DNA of 64,000 bases, taken from NCBI GenBank assembly GCA_964455365.1, contig CAYVVZ010000011.1, positions 29,607-93,606 of the forward strand. Reading direction: 5' to 3'. Shown piece by piece: positions 54,483 to 64,000 of the stretch. The first letter of the stretch is position 1; every line of letters starts with the position of its first letter. Both the position numbers and the translations under genes were made by a program. The notes under the pieces were generated by a model, which searched no databases, was not told the origin of the DNA, and saw only the letters and a program-made list of their open reading frames with translations. The DNA is from an uncultured Anaerolineaceae bacterium. GTDB taxonomy: Bacteria; Chloroflexota; Anaerolineae; Aggregatilineales; Phototrophicaceae.

Positions 54483-56105
54483 TTGCCAAAAATCAACGAC
54501 CCAGAACCAACTACCTTGAAAAATCGACCCTACACAATACTCGGACTCATTTGCCTCGCGGCGCTGCTGCTGCGGTTGGCCTTGCTGCTGCTGGTGAACA
54601 ATCCCGGTCTGCCGGATGCCATCCACTATTACAACCTGGGGACGCGCCTGCTGGATGGGCAGGGCTTCACCATTGATTACATCTGGCAGTACAGCCACAT
54701 CCCGGAAAGTATCGTCAATCCCATCTCGCACTGGATGCCCTTACCGGGCGTGGTGGCTGCGGCAGGGATGGCAGTCGGCGGCGTGAATATCCATGCTGCG
54801 CTGATCTTCTTTGTGCTGGCGGGGGCGCTGCTGCCGATCCCGGTATTTTTTGCGGGGCGGCAAATGGGACTGAGCGAACCGGGGGCGCTCTTCGGGGCAG
54901 CCTTTTCCATTGCCTTGCCGGATATGGTCTGGAATTCGCTGCGCACGGATACCACCATCCTCAACATGCTCTTATTGACGACAGCAATTGTCCTGGTTAC
55001 ACGCGGAATCCAGCGCGGCGGCTGGTGGCATTTTGTCATCGCCGGGATTCTTGGCGGATTAGCCTACCTGAATCGCAATGATTCGATTTTGATTTTGCCG
55101 ACCATCTACGGGGCGCTGGTACTTTGTGCGATCTTCGGCGGCGCGGAATTTCGCAGGCGCGTTCTGCCAGCAGGGGCGCTGGTGACGGTTGCCATGCTGC
55201 TGACGATGGCTCCCTGGATCGCACGGAATCTGGAATTGTTCGGCAGGTGGGGCAGCGCGGAAACCAGCTATATGTTCTTCATGGTGGATCAGCGCGATCA
55301 TTATTCTTATGGGCGTGAGATCAGCCTGGAGAATATGCTGGCACAGCGCACCCCGCAGGAACTCATCAGCAAGCGCCTGTTTGAACTGGTGGCTGCCGGG
55401 AAACAAATCCTCATCTCGCTGGATATTATCCTGCCCGTGCTGATTCCGTTGGGGCTGCTGCTCTTATGGAAGGCGAGAAGGCGCGAGCATCTGCTGGCAA
55501 TCGCCCCGGCCTTGATCTGGCTAGGGGGGATGCTGGTGGCGTATCCGCTGCTGATTCCCTATAAAAGCCAATCGGGCAGCTTTGAAAAAGCCTACCTGAC
55601 GATTGTTCCGCTGCTGCTGCCACTGGGGGCGCTGGCGGTGGAACGCCTGATTGTAGAACGACGCTGGCAAATTGGGCTGGTGGGGCTTGCGGTGGTGGTG
55701 ATGTCGCTGAATAGCTACGACGTTCTGCGTGCAGAAACCAGCTTTGCGGATCGCTACTATGCCACCATCGGCGGATTGGTTGCGGAAGTTGATACGCTGC
55801 CGGATGTGACGGGCGATGGTGAAATCCAACTGATGGTGCAAGACCCCTACATCATGAGTTACTACGGCATCCGCAGCATCATGATCCCGCTGGCAAGCCG
55901 GGAAGATACCCTGGAACTCGCCAGCCGCTATGAGATTGATTACGTCCTGTTCCCGGCGGCGCGTCCGCAGCTTGACTCGCTCTATCATGGCAATGAAGTT
56001 GACCCGCGTTTTGTCTTCACGCGCTCTGTTCCCATGCCAGATGGACGCTTCTTTGAACTGTATGCCCTGCACCCAGAAACTGCACCGGAGTCTACAGATG
56101 AATAG
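54483..56105 (+). CDS. GT39/ArnT-like GT-C membrane glycosyltransferase
   Basis: LRLALLLLVNNPGLPDAIHYYNLGTRLLDGQGF opening, more than 10 TM helices, and a soluble C-terminal domain. Confidence 0.7.
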   Translation: MPKINDPEPTTLKNRPYTILGLICLAALLLRLALLLLVNNPGLPDAIHYYNLGTRLLDGQGFTIDYIWQYSHIPESIVNPISHWMPLPGVVAAAGMAVGGVNIHAALIFFVLAGALLPIPVFFAGRQMGLSEPGALFGAAFSIALPDMVWNSLRTDTTILNMLLLTTAIVLVTRGIQRGGWWHFVIAGILGGLAYLNRNDSILILPTIYGALVLCAIFGGAEFRRRVLPAGALVTVAMLLTMAPWIARNLELFGRWGSAETSYMFFMVDQRDHYSYGREISLENMLAQRTPQELISKRLFELVAAGKQILISLDIILPVLIPLGLLLLWKARRREHLLAIAPALIWLGGMLVAYPLLIPYKSQSGSFEKAYLTIVPLLLPLGALAVERLIVERRWQIGLVGLAVVVMSLNSYDVLRAETSFADRYYATIGGLVAEVDTLPDVTGDGEIQLMVQDPYIMSYYGIRSIMIPLASREDTLELASRYEIDYVLFPAARPQLDSLYHGNEVDPRFVFTRSVPMPDGRFFELYALHPETAPESTDE

Positions 56106-57390
56106 GCGTTGGGTGCTGCCTGGGATTTTGCTGCTGGCCTTCGTGCTGCGCCTGGGAGTTGCACTCAGCAGCGATCCGCTGGCGAAATATCGCAATTCTG
56201 GCGGGGATGAATTGTGGTATCTGGCAAACGGAGTCGGCATCCTCACCGGGGAAGAATTCACCGAAGCTTATGGGATGCGACTGGCTCCGTCACGGATTCC
56301 GACTGCGCCGCTGTATCTGGTTTTCGTCGGTGCGATGCAGGCTCTCTTCCCGCGTGCGGCGGCAATCATCGCCATCTGGATTGTGCAGAGTGCGGCGGGT
56401 GCGCTGCTGTGCTTCTTTGCCTATGATCTGACCCAACGCCTGACGAACCTACCCGGTGCGGGATTGTTGGCAGCGGCGGCGCTGGCGATTTCTCCGGCGC
56501 TGGTGCTGGAAGCGCAAACCATCGCTACCGAGTCGCTGTACATGCTCTTCATCACAGCGGGATTGTGGGGCTATGCTCGTTTCCTGGCAGAAGCGCAGCG
56601 CGGTTCCTGGCGTGGGGCATTCAGCGTAGGATTGGTCTTCGGCTATGCGACGCTGACGCGGGCGGTTTCGCTGTTGTTTCCGCTGGGGCTGGCGGGATTG
56701 CTGCTGCTGGCCTATCCAGCCGGGGAACGCGGACGCGCTCTGCGATATGCGGCTTTGCTGCTGCTAACCTACAGCCTGACGGTCTCCACCTGGACAGCCT
56801 ACAACGCCCTGCATTATGGGCGCATCGTCATCGCAAGCGATCAATTCACGGCGGCCTTGTGGCGCGGCGCGGTGGAAGACGATGCATCCCCCACAGAAAA
56901 TGACGAACTCCTGGGCGAACAATCCCCCGGTGAACAAGCGGCGGAAGTCATCAGCAGCGATGTTTCTGGCTTTTTGCATCGGCGTTTCATGGAATGGCAG
57001 TACGCCCACCTTCAACCACACGGCACAGTTCCGCTGGGTGGCGATGGTCTGAAAGAACTGGCGCAGGGCTGGATCAACAGCGGATTCAGCGCAGAAGGAT
57101 TCAGCACGCTCATCAATGGTGAAGGCTTCTGGAGTAAGCTGCTGATTTATCTATGGCATTTTGGCGGCTACCTGCTTGGCTTCCTGGGCATGATCCTGAC
57201 GTGGCGGCGCTGGCGTGTTTCACTGGCACTGATTGGCTTTGTGGCCTATACCGCCCTGCTGCATCTGCTGCTGCTGGCCTTACCGCGCTACATCTTCCCG
57301 ACGCACGTCATCTGGTGGAGCTTCGCCGCCGCTGCGCTGATGATCCTGTGGAATGGGTTGGGTTCCTTGCGCAGCCGCCGTATCGCGTAG
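56098..57390 (+). CDS. GT39/ArnT-like GT-C membrane glycosyltransferase (second of a tandem pair)
   Basis: ATG 56098 overlaps the upstream stop (ATGAATAG). LRLGVALSSDPLAKYRNSGGDELWYLANG opening and polytopic. The track start 55930 lies inside the upstream gene. Confidence 0.7.
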   Translation: MNRRWVLPGILLLAFVLRLGVALSSDPLAKYRNSGGDELWYLANGVGILTGEEFTEAYGMRLAPSRIPTAPLYLVFVGAMQALFPRAAAIIAIWIVQSAAGALLCFFAYDLTQRLTNLPGAGLLAAAALAISPALVLEAQTIATESLYMLFITAGLWGYARFLAEAQRGSWRGAFSVGLVFGYATLTRAVSLLFPLGLAGLLLLAYPAGERGRALRYAALLLLTYSLTVSTWTAYNALHYGRIVIASDQFTAALWRGAVEDDASPTENDELLGEQSPGEQAAEVISSDVSGFLHRRFMEWQYAHLQPHGTVPLGGDGLKELAQGWINSGFSAEGFSTLINGEGFWSKLLIYLWHFGGYLLGFLGMILTWRRWRVSLALIGFVAYTALLHLLLLALPRYIFPTHVIWWSFAAAALMILWNGLGSLRSRRIA

Positions 57391-57423
57391 CTGCATCTAG
57401 CTGATTTCGACCTGAGCAAACCC

Positions 57424-57627
57424 CAGGGCAATCGCATCAAATTTTCTTTGTTTCGTTAGAAACAGAAAACGCGCAAAACGACGAACGCAACAGATCACAA
57501 AAGCACTGAATCAAGCGAAAATACGATTTCTCTTTTCGGTTATTCCGGGCACGACATGTCATGCCCCGACGGTTTTCTTCGTGTCCTTGGTGACTTCGTG
57601 GTTCCAATCGTTTTGATGCGATCACCC
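57424..57627 (+). repeat. composite mosaic repeat (modules C, B, A)
   Basis: cagggcaatcgcatcaaa..., then ccgggcacgacatgtcatgcccc, then ttttcttcgtgtccttggtgacttcgtggttccaatcgttttgatgcgatca. Same module order and orientation as 16391-16720. Confidence 0.75.
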
Positions 57628-57706
57628 TGCATTCATGCCAGAAAACAGGCCGTTGATGTGGTAAAATATTTGTTCCAATTCACGCGAACGAGCAGCGTCC
57701 AATCAC

Positions 57707-58915
57707 ATGCATATCCAGCATCTTTCCCTGACCAATTTCCGCAATTATGCGCGGCTAGAACTCACGCTCCCGCAGAAGCCGATTGTGCTGCATGGCGACA
57801 ACGCCCAGGGCAAAACCAGCTTGCTGGAAGCGATTTATTACCTCGCCACTTCGCGCTCACCCTACACCACCAGTGACCGCCAGTTGATCCATTGGCGCAC
57901 AGAAAAGGATCCGCTGCCCTTTGCCCGGATGGTTGCAGAATTCAGTAACCGCGAGAGTTCCTTACAACGGCTGGAAATTACGCTGATGCTGGATATGAGT
58001 ACGGGAGCGCAGCGCTTCAAGAAGAATATCAAGCTCAACAGCGTTGAGAAGCGAGTGATGGATGTCGTCGGCTTGCTGACGGTAGTGCTTTTTCTGCCGC
58101 AAGATTTATCCCTGATCGAAGGGTCGCCAGCGGATCGTCGGCGCTTCATGGATACCACGCTGACGCAGGTCAATCGTGCCTATGTGCAGGCGCTGGATAC
58201 TTACGAGAAGACGCTTCCACAGCGCAATGCTCTGCTGCGGCGCATTGCGGAGAGACGCGCTTCGGTGGCGGAACTGTCGTACTGGGATGAGCGTCTGACG
58301 CAGGCGGGTTCTATCATCATCGCGGAACGTCAGCGTTTTTTGCGGGAACTGGAACGCCGCGCCCAATCCAATCACCATGATCTGACCGGGCAAAAAGAGA
58401 CGCTCACGCTACAGTATCAGCCGAGTTTTTTGCCAACGGTAGAAGGCAGTGGGCAACGCTCCTTTGATGTGATGGGCTTGGATTTGCACCGGGAGCTGAC
58501 CGCCGAAGACATTCAACCGCAGTTCGCCGCGCAACTTCAGGCAGAGCAGCGCGAGTCCATTGAACGTGGGGCGACCCTCTCCGGGCCACACCGGGACGAA
58601 CTACGCCTGATGATTAACCGGCGGGATTGTGGGTTGTACGGCAGCCGGGGGCAGGCACGCACGGCTGTCATGGCGCTAAAATTAGCCGAACTGGAATGGA
58701 TGCACGATCATCTTGGCGAATGGCCTATTTTGCTGCTGGATGAGGTAGTCGCAGAATTGGATCGTAAGCGCCGTGCCTATCTGCTGGAACGCCTCACCGA
58801 TGCCGCGCAAACCCTGGTCACGACAACCGAACTGGATATTTTCAGCCCGGACTTCCTGGAACGCGCCGCCCTGCTGCACATCGAAGAAGGGCAAATCGTA
58901 GCGCAAGAGATTTAA
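57707..58915 (+). CDS. recF: DNA replication and repair protein RecF
   Basis: LSLTNFRNY ... LHGDNAQGKTSLLEAIYYLA Walker A, signature-like SRGQARTAVMALKLAE, and LLLDEV Walker B. Confidence 0.9.
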   Translation: MHIQHLSLTNFRNYARLELTLPQKPIVLHGDNAQGKTSLLEAIYYLATSRSPYTTSDRQLIHWRTEKDPLPFARMVAEFSNRESSLQRLEITLMLDMSTGAQRFKKNIKLNSVEKRVMDVVGLLTVVLFLPQDLSLIEGSPADRRRFMDTTLTQVNRAYVQALDTYEKTLPQRNALLRRIAERRASVAELSYWDERLTQAGSIIIAERQRFLRELERRAQSNHHDLTGQKETLTLQYQPSFLPTVEGSGQRSFDVMGLDLHRELTAEDIQPQFAAQLQAEQRESIERGATLSGPHRDELRLMINRRDCGLYGSRGQARTAVMALKLAELEWMHDHLGEWPILLLDEVVAELDRKRRAYLLERLTDAAQTLVTTTELDIFSPDFLERAALLHIEEGQIVAQEI

Positions 58916-59039
58916 TCACACTGCGCATGTGCTTTGCTCAGAGCATCTCAGAAAACCTCCTCCCTACCCAAAAGAAGCACCCTGCTGTAAGGTATTCGGC
59001 ACGTTGCTAACCGTTGATTAGCTGTTCATTGAGGGAAGG

Positions 59040-62000
59040 ATGGTGCGCGTGCTGCGTCGTCTCGCGCCGGATTTCTGGCTGATTCTACTGCTGTTCGTGC
59101 TGCCGTTGGGCTTCTTTTTCCCGCAGACACTCGGCGGGCGCACATTGATTCCGGCGGAAAATCTCTACCAGTACGAACCCTGGGCGAGTTACCGCGATGT
59201 GGTCAACGCGCCAGATACCCCACATAATCACCTGGTCAGCGACCTTGTGCTGCAAAATTACCAGTGGAAAGCCTTCATCCGCGAGCAGTTAGCCGCCGGG
59301 GAAGTCCCCCTCTGGAATCCGCACCAGTTCAGCGGCATTCCATTTCTAGCCGCCGGACAGCACAGCGCCCTCTATCCCCTCAGTGTCATTTATTACGGCC
59401 TGCCCCTGCATAACGCCTATGGCTGGTTCACAGTGGTGAACCTCTGGCTGGCGGGTGTCTTCATGTACCTGTTCGTGCGCGGACTCGGTGTTGGGCGTGC
59501 GGGGGCGGTGCTGGCGGGAATCATCTACCAGTTCGCCGGATTCACCATCGCCAGCGTAGTCTTCCAGATGATGATCGGCGGGCTGCCCTGGCTGCCGCTG
59601 ATGCTGCTCATGGTGGAGTACATCATCCGCGAGAAACCTGTCTTCGGACGCAAGACTGCCATTCCCTGGGTGGTGATTGGAGCCGGGGCGCTGGGCATGA
59701 ATGTGCTGGCGGGGCATGTCGAAATCACGATCTACACCCTGCTGATTACCGGGTACTACACCCTTGCTCACTGGCTGCATGACTGGTGGTTCAAAAATCG
59801 CCAAACGCCATTGGCTGCGCTGCGCAAATGTTTCTGGTGTGGGGCGATGCTGGCACTGGGAATGGGGCTGGCAGCAGTGCAGTTCTTACCCCTCTATGAA
59901 TTTGCGCAGACGAACTGGCGTGCCGAGCGCAGCAGCTATGAAACTGTCGTCAGCTACGCGCATCCCCCGCGAGACATCCTGCAATTTGCCCTGCCGAATT
60001 TTTATGGTAGTCCGGCGCATCACCGCGTCTTCGATGTCTTCAGCGGGGAATGGGTGGCGGAATGGGACAACGCCAACAATCAGAACCACACCGAATGGGG
60101 CATCAAGAATTACGTAGAAGGGGCGCTCTACCTGGGGATTCTGCCCCTGTTGCTGGCAGCTTATGCCATGATTGACCGCCTGCTGATCTGGGGAACGGCA
60201 TGGCGTAACAATGAGCGCATCCGCACTGAGCCACCCTATCGACGCGCCTTCACGCTGCTGGCACTCCTCAGCCTGACGTTTATGTTTGGCCTGCCCACCT
60301 ACCGCCTGATGTATATTTTGCCGGGGATCAATCAGCTTAATTCGCCCTTCCGCTGGGTCTTCGCGCTGACGGTTTCGGTGGCGGTGCTGGCGGCTTTCGG
60401 GCTGGATGCCTTACAGAGACGTGCCGCCGAAAAACGGTCACTACTAGAAACGCGCATCGGCCTGGGGATCATGGGGCTGGCGCTGATGGTCTTCGCTGGA
60501 TTAGCTGCGAGCCGTGTTTTCTATCCGCAGATTGAACCGCAGATTGAGCGTCTGCTGAACAGCCTTGCGCTGGCAACCAACGCCTTCAGCGATCCGGCGC
60601 TGTTTTACAGCTACCAGTTCGCCAATATACTCGTTTTTGGCGGGATGCTGCTCGGAGCCGGATTCGTCTATTTCTGGGTGGGCCGGATGCGGATGTACCG
60701 GGGCGTGTGGTTCTGGTCGGCCTTTGCGGTGCTGCTGGTGACGGCGGATCTGATGATCGCTTCCGGGGGATTCAATCCTGCCAGTGATCCGGCGCTGCTG
60801 GATTTCACGCCGCCGCAAATCGAATGGCTGCAAGAGCGCTACGAAGAAGACGGCGCATTCCGCTATACCACGCTGGAGTCTCCCGGTTCCGTGCCGATTT
60901 TGAACGCCAACAGCACCCTACGCTATGGCCTGGATGATGTGCGCGGATACGACAGTATCATTCCCGCGCAGTACATGGAGTACATGAGCTTGCTGGCTCC
61001 GCAGGTGCAGCGCGATTTCAACCGGGTTGCGCCGATCTTCACGGATGACGATTACAACCATTCCGGCGGCTATGCGATGCTGCTGGATTCGCCGCTGCTG
61101 CATTTGCTGAATGTGCGTTATGTCGTCACCACGCCGGATGTCATTGTGCCATTCGAGGAGTGGGAAGCCGTCTGCTGTGAAGAAGTCCTCACCATCTGGG
61201 AGAATCCCGACGCATTGCCGCGTGCTTCGATCATCGCAGCAGGCGATATGCCGCAGGGCTGGCTCCCGCCGGAAAGTGCCGCACCGGATTTCCACGCACG
61301 GGATGCCATCCCACCCTATGAAGCCATCACAGTTACGCAGGATACCGGGCGCGAAAAATTCCTGGATGTGCAGGCATCGGAAGGGGATTGGCTCTTTTAC
61401 AGTGAGAATTACGCCCCCGGCTGGAAAGCCTTCGTGCGGCCTATGGGCGCAGGCGAGGAGCAGGAATCGCAGCTTGAAGTTGTGCGGGTGGCGGGGACGT
61501 TCATGGGCGTGCAGCTACCCGAAGGGGATTGGACGCTGCGCCTGGTCTACAGCCCGACGAGTTTCCAGGTGGGTTTCTTCGGCAGCGTGATTAGCGCGGC
61601 GCTGCTGACCTTGCTTCTGGGAATCTGGTTCTGGATCACCTATGTGGGCGTGAACACTGACGAAAGTTCGCAAACTGCCAGAGTCGCACGCAACAGCATC
61701 GCACCCATTATCCTGAACCTCTTCAACCGGGCGATTGATTTTGTGCTGGCCTTTGTTCTCTACCGCTTGCTGACGCAGGAGATGGTGGGAGTTTATCAAT
61801 TTGCGGTGGTGGTCTTTGTCTGGTTCGATATTTTCACCAACTTCGGCCTAGACCTGTTCTTGATCCGCGAAGTGAGCCGGGATAAAGGACGCGGCGGCTA
61901 TTTCCTCTACAACAGCAGTGCGCTGCGTTTCGCCCTCAGCGGCGCGGGATTGGGAATTTTGCTGGTGTTCTTGCTGTTATGGCAGAACGCCGTCGCCAAT

Positions 62001-63149
62001 CCGCTGCCGCAAGAAGGCTTGATTGCGATTGTGATCCTGTACCTGGGCTTGATCCCCGGCACGCTGAACAAAGGCATCTCGTCGCTATATTACGCCCACG
62101 AACAGGCCGACAAAACCGAAGCCATCGCCACCCTGACCACGATCAACAAGGCAATTTTCAGCGTGATTGTGCTGGTGCTGGGATGGGGCATCATCGGGTT
62201 GGCGGCGGTGAGCATCCTCAACAACATCTTCACCATGATTGCCCTGCTGTGGATGGGGCGCGGCTTCTTCGCCGGGAATCTGCCGAAGCGCCCGGATTGG
62301 CATTCGATGCGCGGAATGATGCGCGAGGGCTGGCCTCTGCTGCTGAATCACTTCCTGGCGACGATTTTCTTCCAGATCGACATTGTGATTTTGCAGGCCA
62401 TGCGCGGGGCGACCATCGTCGCGGAATACAGCACGGCGTATAAATGGTTGGCGGCGCTGAATGTGGTTCCGGCCTTTTTTACGCGGGCGCTGTTCCCGGT
62501 GCTATCCCGTCAGGGGCAGGAAGACCGTGCAGCCTTCCGGCGCAGCTACCGCTTCGGCATCAAACTGATGATCTCGCTGGCGCTGCCTGTTGCGGTGGGC
62601 TTCACAGTCCTCGCTGAACCGCTGACGCTGCTGCTTGCGGGGGCGCGTTATCTGCCGAATGGCGCGATTGCGCTCACGATTATGATCTGGAGCATTCCCA
62701 TCGGTTGGATGAACAGCCTCACACAATATGCGCTCGTCGCGCTGGATTTGCAGCGCATGATTACACGCGCCTTCATTGCGGCGGTGGCCTTTAATATCAT
62801 CACCAACCTGATTTTCATCCCGCAGTTTGGGTTCCGTGCGGCTGCTGTGACCACCATTTTCAGCGAATTGGTGCTGTGGATTCCCTTTGCTGCTTTGATG
62901 CAGCGCGGCTTGGGTGCGCCCCTGGGCTGGATCGGGTTATTGTGGCGGCCTGTGGTGGCAACCGGGGCGATGATTGCAACGGCGGTTTTGCTGCTGCCTG
63001 TGAATATGCTGCTGGCGCTGATCGTGGCAAGTCTCGTGTATGTTGTCGTGCTGCTGGCTTTGAATCCGCTGGATGCCGACGAACGCGCCATCTTGCTCCC
63101 CTTGCTCCCGCAGCGCCTACGCGGGTTTCCCTTCATGCGAACAGCCTAG
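59040..63149 (+). CDS. YfhO-like GT-C glycosyltransferase fused to a Wzx/MOP-type polysaccharide flippase domain
   Basis: 1369-aa uninterrupted ORF. N-terminal GEVPLWNPHQFSGIPFLAAGQ and YAPGWKAFV...LVYSP (YfhO landmarks) occupy about the first 860 aa. Then ARNSIAPIILNLFNRAIDFVLAFVLYRLL... with about 12 further TM helices typical of Wzx-like proteins. Confidence 0.75.
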   Translation: MVRVLRRLAPDFWLILLLFVLPLGFFFPQTLGGRTLIPAENLYQYEPWASYRDVVNAPDTPHNHLVSDLVLQNYQWKAFIREQLAAGEVPLWNPHQFSGIPFLAAGQHSALYPLSVIYYGLPLHNAYGWFTVVNLWLAGVFMYLFVRGLGVGRAGAVLAGIIYQFAGFTIASVVFQMMIGGLPWLPLMLLMVEYIIREKPVFGRKTAIPWVVIGAGALGMNVLAGHVEITIYTLLITGYYTLAHWLHDWWFKNRQTPLAALRKCFWCGAMLALGMGLAAVQFLPLYEFAQTNWRAERSSYETVVSYAHPPRDILQFALPNFYGSPAHHRVFDVFSGEWVAEWDNANNQNHTEWGIKNYVEGALYLGILPLLLAAYAMIDRLLIWGTAWRNNERIRTEPPYRRAFTLLALLSLTFMFGLPTYRLMYILPGINQLNSPFRWVFALTVSVAVLAAFGLDALQRRAAEKRSLLETRIGLGIMGLALMVFAGLAASRVFYPQIEPQIERLLNSLALATNAFSDPALFYSYQFANILVFGGMLLGAGFVYFWVGRMRMYRGVWFWSAFAVLLVTADLMIASGGFNPASDPALLDFTPPQIEWLQERYEEDGAFRYTTLESPGSVPILNANSTLRYGLDDVRGYDSIIPAQYMEYMSLLAPQVQRDFNRVAPIFTDDDYNHSGGYAMLLDSPLLHLLNVRYVVTTPDVIVPFEEWEAVCCEEVLTIWENPDALPRASIIAAGDMPQGWLPPESAAPDFHARDAIPPYEAITVTQDTGREKFLDVQASEGDWLFYSENYAPGWKAFVRPMGAGEEQESQLEVVRVAGTFMGVQLPEGDWTLRLVYSPTSFQVGFFGSVISAALLTLLLGIWFWITYVGVNTDESSQTARVARNSIAPIILNLFNRAIDFVLAFVLYRLLTQEMVGVYQFAVVVFVWFDIFTNFGLDLFLIREVSRDKGRGGYFLYNSSALRFALSGAGLGILLVFLLLWQNAVANPLPQEGLIAIVILYLGLIPGTLNKGISSLYYAHEQADKTEAIATLTTINKAIFSVIVLVLGWGIIGLAAVSILNNIFTMIALLWMGRGFFAGNLPKRPDWHSMRGMMREGWPLLLNHFLATIFFQIDIVILQAMRGATIVAEYSTAYKWLAALNVVPAFFTRALFPVLSRQGQEDRAAFRRSYRFGIKLMISLALPVAVGFTVLAEPLTLLLAGARYLPNGAIALTIMIWSIPIGWMNSLTQYALVALDLQRMITRAFIAAVAFNIITNLIFIPQFGFRAAAVTTIFSELVLWIPFAALMQRGLGAPLGWIGLLWRPVVATGAMIATAVLLLPVNMLLALIVASLVYVVVLLALNPLDADERAILLPLLPQRLRGFPFMRTA

Positions 63150-63179
63150 CAACTGTAAGGGAATACCTACTACCCAATA

Positions 63180-63911
63180 TCATACGTCCGCTGCTGGAAC
63201 TTGCCGCAGGGTATTAATCAGAATCGCCAGCGTGACCTTGAGCATGTAATAGGCGCTGCGTCCCGGCGCGGTGAATTGCGAGACTCCGTGTTCGCGGTCA
63301 CGGAAAGTTACCGCGATTTCGCAGCGTTGTAAGCCGCTTTTGTGCATCAGGACGATGGCTTCCGGTTCGGGGTAATCGTGGGGGTACATCCGGGCAAAGA
63401 GGTTAATCGCCCGACGATTGAAGGCCGCGAAGCCCGATGTCGGGTCGGTGATGGGTTGCTTGGTGATGCCGCGCAGCAGAGTCCGCAGAATACCAATGCC
63501 AGCACGTCGCGTCATGGGAGTATGATACTCGCCCATCCCTAAGAAGCGCGAGCCAATCACCACATCCACATCCCCCTGCGCCAACCGATCCAGCAGGCGC
63601 ACGGTGTCATCCGTCGAATGCTGCCCGTCCCCATCCAGCCGCGCCAGCACCTCATAGCCCTCGCGCCGCGCATACTTGAAGCCAGTTTGCACTGCTGCAC
63701 CAATGCCCACGTTATACGGCATATTCACCACAAGCGCCCCGGCTTCGCGTGCTTCGGCAGCCGTGGTATCCGTAGAACCGTCATCAATCACCAGCACATC
63801 CGCCCAGGGAACATGGGTGCGGATTCCGGTTACGGTGCGGGCGATATTCCCGGCTTCGTTCAATGCCGGGAGAATAATGAGCGTTCGCGGATGGTCGCCG
63901 GACATAAGCAA
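63180..63911 (-). CDS. GT2 polyprenol-phosphate glycosyltransferase (Dpm1/GtrB-like)
   Basis: ILPALNEAGNI, VLVIDDGSTDTT, DGDGQH and SGFAAFNR. Confidence 0.85.
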   Translation of the reverse strand: MLMSGDHPRTLIILPALNEAGNIARTVTGIRTHVPWADVLVIDDGSTDTTAAEAREAGALVVNMPYNVGIGAAVQTGFKYARREGYEVLARLDGDGQHSTDDTVRLLDRLAQGDVDVVIGSRFLGMGEYHTPMTRRAGIGILRTLLRGITKQPITDPTSGFAAFNRRAINLFARMYPHDYPEPEAIVLMHKSGLQRCEIAVTFRDREHGVSQFTAPGRSAYYMLKVTLAILINTLRQVPAADV

Positions 63912-64000
63912 TTCTGGTTCCTCTTATTCATTCACTGCGAAGACACAACGCACGAGCAGAAACTTCTCCCCTCCCTAAATAGTGTTGTCCGGTACTTACC

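Noticed and set aside
1-64000. tRNA, rRNA, tmRNA, transposase, integrase or phage structural genes
   Set aside because: I found no T-loop/anticodon-arm-like cloverleaf candidates in the intergenic regions I read. I found no rRNA-like conserved stretches and no DDE, tyrosine- or serine-recombinase-like translations. This was by eye only, so tRNAscan-SE, Infernal and ISfinder should confirm it.

Overview
Gene-dense bacterial chromosomal segment of 64 kb. Lines I hand-counted give roughly 55 percent G+C. I call about 55 protein genes, and I recognise no rRNA, tRNA, CRISPR array, transposase or integrase. All product calls rest on motifs read by eye from the translations; nothing was searched.

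Housekeeping anchors are frr-uppS, acpS, pdxT, rsmA and recF. They are interspersed with an unusual density of envelope-glycosylation genes: two YfhO-like GT-C proteins (one fused to a Wzx-type flippase), three GT39/ArnT-like GT-C proteins, and three GT-A/GT2 enzymes.

Five things stand out:
1. A 9-kb neighbourhood at 27.9-37.3 kb, my best candidate for an undescribed glycan system. It contains a processive GT2 synthase fused to an extracytoplasmic VWA domain, an abutting GT-C protein and a secreted GH18-fold protein with a destroyed catalytic motif. It also holds a tightly coupled operon encoding a GnT-I-like glycosyltransferase, a sulfotransferase, an acetyltransferase and a methyltransferase.
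2. A low-GC two-gene orphan island at 9.5-11.7 kb between uppS and a MoxR ATPase. Each orphan ORF is followed by a copy of the same 50-bp hairpin repeat, and a possible small-RNA locus lies between them.
3. A pervasive set of mosaic intergenic repeat modules (families A-D). Some recur in the same order and orientation just 5' of plus-strand genes.
4. A roughly 165-bp hairpin element present as an inverted pair around the 6.3-kb pdxT-to-GT-C block.
5. A carboxylase alpha subunit split by a single in-frame TGA.

The lineage is not determinable here. The gene content and repeat style are reminiscent of Chloroflexota-like genomes, but that is a guess.
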